Positions 36,486-47,895 of a stretch of DNA of 64,000 nucleotides are shown here, in pieces. The notes beneath the pieces were generated by a model that saw nothing but the letters and a program-made list of their open reading frames with translations, made no database searches and was not told the DNA's origin. A program made the translations under genes and the position numbers. Numbering within the stretch: the first letter of the stretch is position 1; each line of letters begins with the position of its first letter. Where the stretch lies: the NCBI GenBank assembly GCA_021613535.1, contig CP075493.1:14632001-14696000 (forward strand), read 5' to 3'. The stretch is from Adineta vaga. Taxonomy: Eukaryota; Animalia; Rotifera.

Positions 36486-38352
36486 TCAATGCTTTGCTAA
36501 ATAATTTGAGATTGTTTGTTGAACAATCTGAACAAGTTCTTCAAAACGAGCACGATCTGTAGAACCTGGGGTAACAATATCATCGAAACTGGCATCGATT
36601 TCCGTAGCACATTGTCGCCATAGAAGATGAAGAAATTTGAACATTCGCGGGCAATGAGCCAAATTAGGAAACATATCGAAAACACAAAATTCATTGGCAT
36701 GATAAGTATGTCCAGAGTCGAGGACAATATTGTAAACCTTGAGCGATGGATCAGCTTTAATACAAGTCAATTGATTAATTGATACGGATGATGGTCGATT
36801 TTGATCAAGAGATTGTAGTTCCATGTTAATACGTAATGGTTTAACCAAATCACGAAGAGATGGTTCTTCATCTTCACTAGCTTGTGGATCGATAGCTGCC
36901 ATTGTTCTACATATTTAAAAAGATATGCACATAAAGATGTCTTTCGTTATTTGTACAAAGCATATATGAACTTACCCATTCGTTGTTAGAAACACATGTT
37001 CTGAGGTGAAAAACGGTGGGATGTTATTAATACCATATAGTGATCGACCATGAAGTTGTTCAATATCAACGAATATTACCGTATGACGTTCACTATTAGC
37101 ACCTACAACTATATCACCAATCTGAATCTTTTCTATAGGCTTGTCAGTACCATCATCCATACGAATCATAGTTCCAGCAGTGAAACACTAAACCATATAT
37201 AAGATTAAGAAAATGATCTAATGATAACTTACACTAGAGGACTCTGTCTGATAGATAACTTCAGGTTTACGATTTGAAAGTTCTTCAAGCTTAGCCCGCA
37301 GTTCATTTTGCGCTTCGATTGATCTTTGTAATTGTTTTTTAATCTCATTCGCTTCATTTTTGTTCTTATTTTCTAGTTTATTTTCCAATCGCTCATGTTC
37401 TGTTTGCATGTCTTTGAGTTCTTCTTCTAAACGAGACAATTGCTCAGCATGTGCTTGTTCCATCTGTTTCATCTGATCATTTTGAGATTCACGCATTTTT
37501 TTAGTTTCGACAGTTTGTCGTTCAATAATCCGATGAAACTGATCGCTTTCATCTGTTTGACGAGCAACGAATTCATCATATCGTTTTTGATGCTGACGAA
37601 TTTCTTCTTGAAAAAACTTCTTGTTCTGTTCGAATGCTTTGGTCATTTCTTCAATTTGTTGTTTCAATGCAGCAACTTCATCAACTCTTAAATGAATATC
37701 TTGTACTTTCATATGTTTAGTTGGTGTTAATTCAACAATAGCACGTAACAATTGTTCTTTTAAAGCTTGTCGTTCTTTTGAATTGCCTCGATCGATTTGA
37801 TTAAGAAAACAAACACGTTCAGGAGAAACAGAAATTTGAATGATATCTTGGATCATAAGCATCACTTCTCCTTCATAATTCGATGGTCGATCTTCGGGAA
37901 GACCATTTACAACTAAAAGAAGTGATTTGATATTCAAAGGATATGCCTTATTAATAGCTGTAAATGCGACAACATCTTCATCACGTATACGACCATTTTG
38001 TTGACCAAAAACATAGATAATTAATGAATTTGGTCGTTTAGAAAATGCATGGTCAATTTCACATTTATTAACATTAACACGAGCCTTAAAAAAAGATGCA
38101 ATGAAAACAATGTTTTCAAGCAATGTTAAGACTTACTTGATCAGCTTCGATTAGACCTGGAATATTAAATATAGCATAACGATGATTTTCAAATGTGATT
38201 TCTTTAAATTCAGTTCGATGTGTAACTGATCGCGGAGAAAATTCATGTGTGAATACGTCTTCACCCAAAAGAACATTGCCCAAGAAACTTTTACCAACAC
38301 CACTATTACCAAGAATAATTAAACCATATTGACTCTCATCAGCAGACGACAT
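36486..38352 (-). CDS. AIG1/GIMAP-like GTPase, coiled coil, Hint domain and helical tail (566 aa, 4 exons)
   Basis: Exons 38352-38137, 38084-37233, 37187-36976, 36906-36486 join in frame through GTAAGT...AG introns; GNSGVGKS; CFTAGTMIRMDDG..KPIEKIQIGDIV; FTSEHVF; VYNIVLDSGHTYHANEFCVFD. Confidence 0.88.
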
Positions 38353-38467
38353 CACTAAAGTTTAATAGAAAAAAAAGACAATCGTTAACTAACTATAAGG
38401 ATATCCATGATTTTACGCTTTTTATTATCATCCAGATTAACGCATTAAAGCGTAAAAGTAAATATAG

Positions 38468-39368
38468 TTGGAAAAACAACAAAAAGAAGATGTTGAAACA
38501 TTTCGAGTGATGCATCGAGCATTTGCATTCTCTTCCGATTCATTACTCATCATTGTCAATGGATTACCTACTAGTCGACCGACTACATATGATGAACTAA
38601 CTCGAAAGACATTGATTGAATTACTTGATATGAAATCTTGTCAAATCTGTTTTATTGATCATCTCAAGTCATTTGATCAACATTTAATCGATGCTATTCT
38701 ATCTGTTCGTCCTCGAAAATATATCAACAATAATGAAATTTGTTTAATAAACGATGATATTCATCAATTAAAGACTAATTACGACGAACTTTATATTGCA
38801 ATGAATAACGAACGAAACGAACATGATGATACTATTATACAAATAGAACGAAACTATGAAGTGGCTGAACGGTTATCCGGTAAGATAAATTTCATTTTAA
38901 TCGAATAAATAAATCTTTAACTTTTCAGTATTACAACGGTTATTTTGTGAAGCTAAATTTAGTCTTCGTCAATTAAGTGCATTAAATGAACAAAAAGAAC
39001 ATTATAATAACATTATTGAATCCTGGCATGCAGAAGAAATCGGCTATGAAGACAATCCTACTTCCAATCATTATCAATTAGCTATTCGAAACAAAGAAAG
39101 TATTCAGAAACAAATATCGGAGAATGTAATTAAGCAACGTTCTACATCCGTTGTTCTTGATCGATGTCGGAAAGATATTGAACAAACATGTTATGAACTT
39201 GAACAGATCTATAATGAAAAATTCGATTCGCAATTGGAACTCGTACGAGAATATTCGAAACTTTTTGATGATTTACGATATGATTCATTGATTAAGAATG
39301 TTCGACGTGATTTTCTCAATGATTTGTATATTTTCAATTGTCAACATTTTCTTTGTCAGGATAAATAA
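38468..39368 (+). pseudogene. 5'-truncated AIG1-like GTPase paralog C (no G1-G3), 2 exons
   Basis: EDVETF...SLLIIVNGLPTSRP aligns with paralogs A and B; second exon 38929-39368 is open and coiled-coil-like; no room upstream for a P-loop exon. Confidence 0.65.
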
Positions 39369-39559
39369 AAGCGAGAGTATCTATTCATCATGAATGCTTA
39401 TATCAAGTCGACGAGTAAACATTTCTGCTCTACAAATATTGTAAAATTGCATATAAAAGTTCATGCAGAAAAATCAATTGTTAAAGTAAAGGTTTTGGTC
39501 AATTAAAATAATATATGTATAAATTAATTTCAAATTGTTAGAATTTCTGTTAGTTGAAT

Positions 39560-40290
39560 TCAATCGGGTTCATCTACAGCATACGAGAGTCTCGTCAATG
39601 AAGCTAATATGAATGATTATTTGTTATCACATTGGGAATCTTTTAATTAACATTTTCTTACGGCTTTCGATGCAGGTTCATCTGATCTCTACATACCGTC
39701 AAGTAAATGTTCATCGACTTGTAGTATGTTGTCAATTCAATAAATATACATCATCGGCGTCAACAACATATATTCCCAATGTAAAAAAGTTTATTATTAC
39801 ATATGCTGATGGTCCTATAGAGCAAAGGAACGTTTTAATATTCATACTGTGACGATAAGTATCAATATTATTGTTCTGACGAGTTATATACCGGTATATG
39901 GATGATGATATTCTAGAACTCGCTTATCCAAATTTAATAACAGATGGTGAAAAACCAGTTTTCTACAATATGTGGTCTCATAAAGTCTCATTTCTGAACT
40001 TACGTTTATTTTAACTATTTTATTCTGTCTAGATTAACAGTTGAATCGACCGTTATAAGTTCAACATTGATCATTGGATCTACAACACAAGTTGAAGTAT
40101 TGAATGTTGCTTCGGGTGGAAGTTATGGTTCATTCAGTGGATTGGTATGAATTTCTTTTTTTTTGGAAGTCTCTTCTTTAAACAAGTGTATTTATTTTAG
40201 TATACAGTTAGTTGTTCAATACATACACTTTCGTCTTTCCCCTAATGTTATATTCACCATTGGTGGTACCGAGTTCAATTTAACACCATT
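39560..40290 (+). pseudogene. Pepsin-like (A1) aspartic protease remnant
   Basis: FDAGSSDL, NKYTSSASTTY, FIITYADG, DDILELAYP...PVFYNMW, STLIIG, YTVSCS...FPNVIFTIGGTEFNLTP scattered over frames with stops. Confidence 0.75.
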
Positions 40291-41205
40291 ATGGAACAGC
40301 TAAATCAGCAAACGCAACTGCAACAACTGCACAACAGATGGCTACAATAATAAAAAGTATTCATAGTCATTTTGTCCATTACCATGTCTTACTGGATCCT
40401 CTCCATAATTTCCATATGCTTTCATTGCTAAACAAAAGTTCTACAATATAGATTTGTTTGTATGTTACATAAATGAAAATTCATTATTATAGTAATTAAG
40501 ATAGACTGAAAAAATAAAGAGAAATGATCAAACCGACAAGTCTATATATATTACTGTACTACCAACTAGTTTATTTGCTCTCAATGTACTTTTAACGAGG
40601 ACGAAAAAGTTCATCACTATTGGATACGATCGTTTCTTATATACGTTTATTTCTTTCTTTATTGATTGCAAATGATGATTTAAAAGAACCTTCATCCACA
40701 GAAAAAAGTATATATGACGAATTATACATAAACATTCTTTCTTTTAACTTTACAATCTATTATAATCGATAGTGTAAACTATTTCGGCTTGATCACGATG
40801 TCGATGATCTTTTTATCTTTCAACAAAACGCAATGTTATTTTATTCATTTATACTGTCATTCAAATCTTTTTGATATTAATCTAAATATGCTTCAATGAT
40901 TTTTAACATTAAAGAATAATTGTATATGACTTTGATGAATTGAATTGAAGCATTTGATTTTCTTTTATAATTTTAATGACATTCGTACTCTTCCGTTGTA
41001 GAAAAGAAAGTAGTTATTTTTTTTCAAAGATGTCATTTATAAAATAGAGCATCTTTATAACTGCGTCATTTCTAGAGCATCATCGGATATATAAAATGAT
41101 TTCATTTGTATACTTTCTTTAATCGTGCTATTGTGATTTTACAATTCTTTTTTTTTACAAAATTTGAATTATTAACTGTATAAGAACATTTTTTCTTCAT
41201 CAGAA

Positions 41206-42135
41206 ATGGCATCTTCAATAGTACCAACAACAAATTCTTCAATTAGTTCTGCAAATTATACTATTATTGCTCCAATATCAATGGCATTTGCATTCATCGC
41301 TATTGTCATAGCATTTTTCATTTTAATCTTAGTTTCTACAACAAAACAATTACATACAGTTAGTCATCTATTAACATGTAATACATGTTTATCATCGATC
41401 TTATATTGTACTGTTCAATGTAATAATTATATTTATCTTTTATTTATTCCATCAAATACAAGTGATGTATCATGTCGATGGCGTGGTTATTTTGGATATA
41501 CATCTATTGTTGCTGTTATTTATTCATATCTTTTACAAGCAATATCGAGATTATTTTTTACTATTTTATCAGTTAAATATCGATGGATAACTTCATTTGA
41601 AATACATTTCTATATGATTTTTATTGGATGGATTCTTGTATTTATTATTCCATTACCAGCGATTTTAACACATGATATTTATTTTCGTGAAGGTTTTCTC
41701 TGTTGGATACCAAAGAAATATATGTTACATGTTATTTATACAATTATTATGTATTATTTAATACCAATCTTCTTGATTATTCTTATTTATGTTTTAATCT
41801 ATAGATATATTCATTATCGTGTAGGAAATAATTTAATTGTACAAAACAATGTAAAATGAAAAAATCGTGATTTCGATGTATTTCGTAATATAATCATTTT
41901 ATTTAGTATTTACATACTTGGAGCAGTTCCATCGACATGTTATATGTTAACAGGTATCGAATTATTCTATTCAATTGGAATTATTAGTGTTTCATTTGCA
42001 GTGATGGTGGAAAAATTTGTTTCATTATTAATTGATCGAGATATTCGAAATATTTTAAAGAAACACTTTTGTCATCGTAAAACGCGAGTTACACCAATTC
42101 GAGTCCATATTGGTACGGTTGCACAAAAGATGTGA
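41206..42135 (+). pseudogene. Rhodopsin-like 7TM receptor with one in-frame TGA (41857-41859)
   Basis: TM1-5 in the 217-aa ORF (CRWRGY, QAISRLF); the same frame continues KNRDFDVFRNIIILFSIYILGAVP through TM6-7 to 42135. Confidence 0.8.
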
Positions 42136-42626
42136 AATATGAGTGAAGACGTAAAATTCACTGAAAACGACATTTCTTGTCCCATTATATTCTTATTACA
42201 GTTGTATTTAGTGTAAATGATATAGTGAATAAATTTGAAAAAGAAAATGGAAACATAATTAATAGATGTGGTGTGAATAGAAATGAATAGGGGAGTGGAT
42301 CCTCAAGATCAAATAGACGTTATAATTATAATCATCTAATCACCCAGCTGATTGAAAAGATAGAACGTAAGAGAGAGTGAATTTTTCTTTTTTTTTTCGT
42401 GTTCGTGTAGAACGCAAGAAAACGTCGGGATCGAAAGGGTTAAAAAGTTTTTTCAATATTTTCATATGGTAATCACTATTCTTATATCTATATTGTCGAG
42501 TACAGGCGAAGAAAAAAGTTGTGTATTGTGTCTTTTTCTTGAATATATAGAACGAAAAAAAACACGATTATTTTTCAACTCAACTAAAAAGAAAACGTGC
42601 TTTATTACGCAGATATATACTTGATA

Positions 42627-44103
42627 ATGTCTTCACCGGCAAACAGTAACAATGTAGTTGGTCATGTAGCATCCGGATGGGAGAGTGTACGTACAGTTTT
42701 CGAACAAAATCTTATCGATGGTATTGAAATTGGAGCAAGTTTATGCATTTATCATCGAGGAGAATGTGTAGTGAATATAACTGGTGGCTGGCAAGACGCA
42801 AAAACAAAGAAAGAGCCATATACACCAGATAATCTTCAATTTGTTTTTTCAGTATCAAAAGGAATTGCGGCTGCAGCTGTTGCGCTATGTGTGGAGAAAG
42901 GATGGATCGATTATCAGACGCCTGTTGCTCATTATTGGCCCGAATTTGGTGTCAATGGAAAGCAGGTATGTATATTTCTGTACCATGAACCAATATTTAC
43001 GAAAATTTTCTTTTCATAAATTTTATCAAAGGACATATCAGTGAGTGATCTCATAGCTCATCGAGCTGGTTTACCATGTTCTGAAGAAGATCTTACACTT
43101 GATGATGTATTCGATTGGAAGAAAATAACTTCATTATTAGCGGCTCAAAAACCTTATTGGAATCCTGGATCAGGACACGGTTATCATGCGTATACAGTTG
43201 GATTTCTAGTTGGTGGATTGATTGAACGAGTCGATCCACAGCATCGTTCTTATGGTCAATTTGTCCGTAACGAATTGGATTCCGAATTCTATGTAGGAGT
43301 GCCTGACGACAAAGTTGAAGCACGTGTTGCTCCTCTCATTGAAAAAGAAGTAAGAAAGAATATTTTAAATCTTATCATCTCTAAATTGTTCTAAAGTCTT
43401 CTGCACAATCTCTTGCGTATAGAGTATTGAGAAAACGCATTGAGCAGCAGTAATTATCGTTAAAATGTCTGTTTCTTGTTCTTTTTTTTAAGAATAATAC
43501 ACCTGGCGTAAGTTTTCCTCCGATGCTACCAATGATAGAAAGAGCTTTAACATGCAGTGGTGCTTTTTCTATGCAATCACCCAGTGATAAGAATTACCAA
43601 TTCAATGACCCTCGACTACATCGTGCTGTAGTGCCTGCTGTCAATGGTATTTCGAATGCTCATACTCTAGCACGAATTTATGCTTTGCTAATCGATGATA
43701 TTAATGAAAATGGTGAAAAGAAAAAATGTCTTCTAAGTAAGAAAACTTTGGCATTGGCAACCGAAAATGTAACACCGAAAAATGAGGTGGATCAAATCAT
43801 GTTTGGCTTAGTAACAACTTTTGCAAGAGGAGGATTTCAATTACATGATGATTTTTTCAATGTACTAACCGAAGATGCATTTGGTCATAAAGGTAAGATC
43901 ATAATGAGATTATCATACAGTTAGATATGAAGTACATTTTATTGTTATTAGGCGCAGGTGGTAGTGTTGCTTTCGCTTCACCTTCACATCATCTAACTCT
44001 CGCTCATGTTTGCAACCAATTAGACTTCAGTATGTTAGCGATCGATCCACGAACTATTCGATTTTTCGAACCAATCAAAAATATACTCAAAGAAAAAAAC
44101 TGA
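42627..44103 (+). CDS. Beta-lactamase-family serine hydrolase (EstB/class C-like), multi-exon
   Basis: FSVSKG (SxxK), HRAGL, WNPGSGHGYHAYTVG, PAVNG, FGHKG-AGGS; spliceosomal introns. Confidence 0.9.
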
Positions 44104-45213
44104 TCTCGTAAATATGGCAAAACATATAGACGTAATAACATACAAGCAAACAAATCTATTTTATTCTATTGATTTATTTTTTCCCATGCTTGAATTCTAA
44201 CATTACATAATAATAATAAAGTTAAGCGCATTTCATGTCTCAAATGTTTAGCAAGATAACTTATGTTTAAGATACATAAGTCAAATTTGCCTTCAATCAA
44301 TAGAAGAAAACGCATTGAAATAATGTATCGTAAACTTTATTTTAGAATTCATTCATATCTTTGCAATGAGAAATAAAACAATTATTCAAGACTAGGAATT
44401 TTGTGACCAATTGATCAGTTTATCAATATTGATATTTTAAGTCGTAGAAAGCAACAAATCGATGTTAGATTGTAGATGAATACATCAAAACTTATACTCA
44501 TCTATTCTATTTTTTGTAATAAAGAATAAAACTATTAAACATTTTTGAAACCTTGAAATCGCATAAGTAGTCATTTTCTCTATCTCAGCAACGCATGGCT
44601 TATCAAATAATATTTGCAATGTCCATGAAGAATATAAACACGAATATTTGTTTTTGTCATACCTGAATGCGTGTAGTGAAGGTTTTTTTCTATTTTATTT
44701 GTATGTCTTCAAGTCAAATACACATTCCCACTCAAAACATGCATAAATGAATAGGAAATTATTTGCTGTGGTAAATGTAACGTTTCCAACGTGACGTTGA
44801 ACTTCATTGGTAAGTCGAGAATAATACAGATAAATTGGCATACCCCATTGTGCTTGTCTTTCGTTTGAAAACATTGAAGAGAATGCTGATAATTCTACGA
44901 CATGAATATTTGTTCGAATTATACAAAAATTATTACTATAATTTACAGTATATTCCTACATTTTTATAGTTGTTGTTCTTAAATGAAAGGAATCTCGAAA
45001 ATCTATATGTTATATTGCTATAGAGAATACAAATGCTATGTTCAATCTAGAGACTGGATTATCATTAGTATAATCTGAACGAAATATAGCCTATCTTATT
45101 CATTGTATTCAAGCAGAAAACATTTCATATTTCTTCTTCTTACCTATTTTAGATTATTTAGCTTTTATTCCAACAATAATAAACACAAAGAAAGTCACAT
45201 ATTCATCTTTAAA

Positions 45214-47107
45214 ATGAATCCTCAGAGTATTCGTGAACGAGTTGTACATGCCAAAGGGTAGTTACATATAATTTATTCTTTAAGAAAAAATGTAGATCAA
45301 TTTGAAAATTGTTGTCTAGTATCGGTGCTTTGGGTGTATTCGAAGCGACTGATGATATTTCGGACATCTGTAAAGCTAAAGTTTTCAGAGTGGGCCAAAA
45401 AACTCGTGTTCTCGCTCGGTTTTCACTCGGTGGTAAGAAAGATGAGATACTGAGTAGAAGATAAAGTATGGAAAAAGAATTATTTCTTTTCTAGCTGATG
45501 GTAGCACTCCTTCAGACACAATTCGTGAGCCACGTGGTTTTGCAGTCAAAATGTATACTGATGAAGGTCTATGATCTCATATCTTTCAATAAAACTAATA
45601 TTTGTCTATAATAGGTATTTGGGATTTAGTTGCCACCAGTTCACCTGTATTTTTTATTCGAAATCCGGTTCTAGTATGAACTTATACTTGTACATATTGG
45701 ATGTATTTCATTTGATTCGTTTAAGTTTTCTGACTTGGCTCGCGCACAAAAACGTAATCCACAAACAAACATGAAAGATCCAAATATGTTCTGGAGCTTT
45801 GTGGCGAACAATCCTGAAACTGTACACCAAGTACGTATAATCGTCTTTTATTATTTTTTTGTCACCTTTGCCCGACATTCATCGATCTAGACCATTCTAA
45901 TTAATTCCGATCGTGGTGTACCTGATAGCTTTCGATTCATAAATGGTTATGGTTCACATACATTCAAAATGATCAACGACAAGAACGAATATGTCTGGGT
46001 AAAATTTCATCTTCGAGTAAATATTAATTAAAAATGTTTGCTTTGCATTTAAAAATCAATCGTTTCTTTCCAATAGTGTGATCAATACATTAAGAGTTTA
46101 GGTTCAAAAAAAGTGAAATTAATGCCAAATGAACAACCAAATTTTACTGCAGCTGATTTATCCAATGCTATTGCAACCAAAAATTATCCGAGTTGGACAC
46201 TCTACATTCAAGTAAAATATGATAATATTCTTTTGAACTTTCTTCGCACACGAATATGTTATATTGGTTGCTAAGGTAATGACTGACGAGCAAGCCAAAT
46301 TATGTCCATTCAATGCGTTTGACATGACCAAAGTATTCTCGCAAAAACTATATCCTCTTTATAAAGTAGGCAAATTGACACTGAACGAAAATCCAACCAA
46401 TCATTTTTCTCAAATTGAACAAGCGGCTTTCACTCCTTCCAATTTGCCACCTGGTATCGATGTATCATCTGATCAAATATTGCGAGTAAATTCATCTGAT
46501 GTATTACATAGTACACTCAATTAGATAATTCCTTTTAGATGCGTATATCTGCATACATCGATGCACAGACACGTCGGCTCGGTCCAAACAATCGTCTTAT
46601 TCCTGTCAATAATCCAGAATCAAATAATAATTTCAGACAAGGTAGTGATCAATGAAATAATTTCACGAAAACAGACGCCGCTAACTTTAAGTCGTTTGAT
46701 TTGTAATTGAAACTATATCTATTGCGTTTAATTAATAGATAGTTCTGCAGTACATCATAACAATACTCAAAACGAATCTGCAGTACCCAAACAAACTGTT
46801 CATATCAGAACTAGTAATACTAAGCCTGATGTTGTACACGGGAATATGCCATTTGAAGATGATTTTTACCAACCACGAAATTTCTATAGGGTATACATTT
46901 TATGTGAATTATATTCTTCTAAAATGCTAAGTTGTTCACTGTTTGTAGCATGTATTGGATGACCAAGGTCGCGCTAATTTGATCAACAATATTGCTCGAA
47001 GTTTATCACAATGTACGGACAAAAACGTAATACATCGCACATTGAATCTTCTATCTAATGTGGATAGCGATTTTGGACGCTCATTAGCGTCGAAAATTAA
47101 CTTCTAA
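45214..47107 (+). CDS. Catalase-related heme protein lacking the N-terminal arm, ~12 exons
   Basis: [62 protein letters not shown]. Confidence 0.88.
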
Positions 47108-47470
47108 TACAGCTTGTTTAATTCCCATCTTCCAAATCAAGACACTATTTCTTGGAGTTCGACAGTCATTTAATTATCTTACAATACAAAAGTTTATCAA
47201 TACATAGTTTTATACTTTGCATAATATTTATTCGAATAATGATTGTTTTGATTAAAAAACTATGAGCAATTAAAATAAAGCACTGAAGTTCGTATAAAAT
47301 CATGCGCAATATCTTGAATATAGATAAGGTACAACAAAACAATGATATAAAAAAATTGCTTGTCCTCAATTTGATTTATGTAATGTCAGATATAAATATT
47401 ATTCAAGTTTTTAATTTTGATTGTTGGATTAATTTCTTTCAAAGATATATGCTTTATTGAAACGATGAAA

Positions 47471-47535
47471 TGAGGGTGTGGGTATGGGTGCGATCGAAGT
47501 CAGCAACGGCATCCTGCGACATATTCACACCCTCG
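47471..47535. repeat. Telomere-hexamer palindromic element, copy 4
   Basis: tgagggtgtgggtatgggtg ... atattcacaccctcg. Confidence 0.7.
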
Positions 47536-47895
47536 AAACAAAATATATTTTCAGGTCATTTTCAAAACTTTTCGGACATTTTTCATGTAATTATTTATTT
47601 TTTATTGAATAAGTTTTTTTGCTCCAAACTTATTTCATTACACATAAAAATAATAGTGCTTATTTAAGGTTTCCAAAATCTATTAAAATTTACCTTGTCT
47701 TTCAAGATGAGAACTAATTTTACATTTTCAAGAGAATATTTTTACACAGCAATATTATAATTTTCGTCTGTGTTTGAGAATACGAATAATTTCATTATTC
47801 TTTTGTTGAACTTCATGTATAATGCAAAGAAATCTAAAAAATACACTGTATACTCAACACGAACTTCATCATTCGTAAACTACAATTGAATTACA

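Noticed and set aside
36640-37187. Hint domain as a true mobile intein
   Set aside because: No terminal His-Asn or +1 Cys/Ser/Thr, no homing endonuclease, contains a spliceosomal intron and is not inserted in a conserved host motif
41857-41859. TGA as selenocysteine or programmed readthrough
   Set aside because: Lies in a basic intracellular loop where Arg (CGA) fits; no SECIS or readthrough context recognised
42395-42443. piggyBac-like end ...GAAAGGG-TTAA
   Set aside because: No matching TTAACCC left end or transposase nearby; at most a solo remnant
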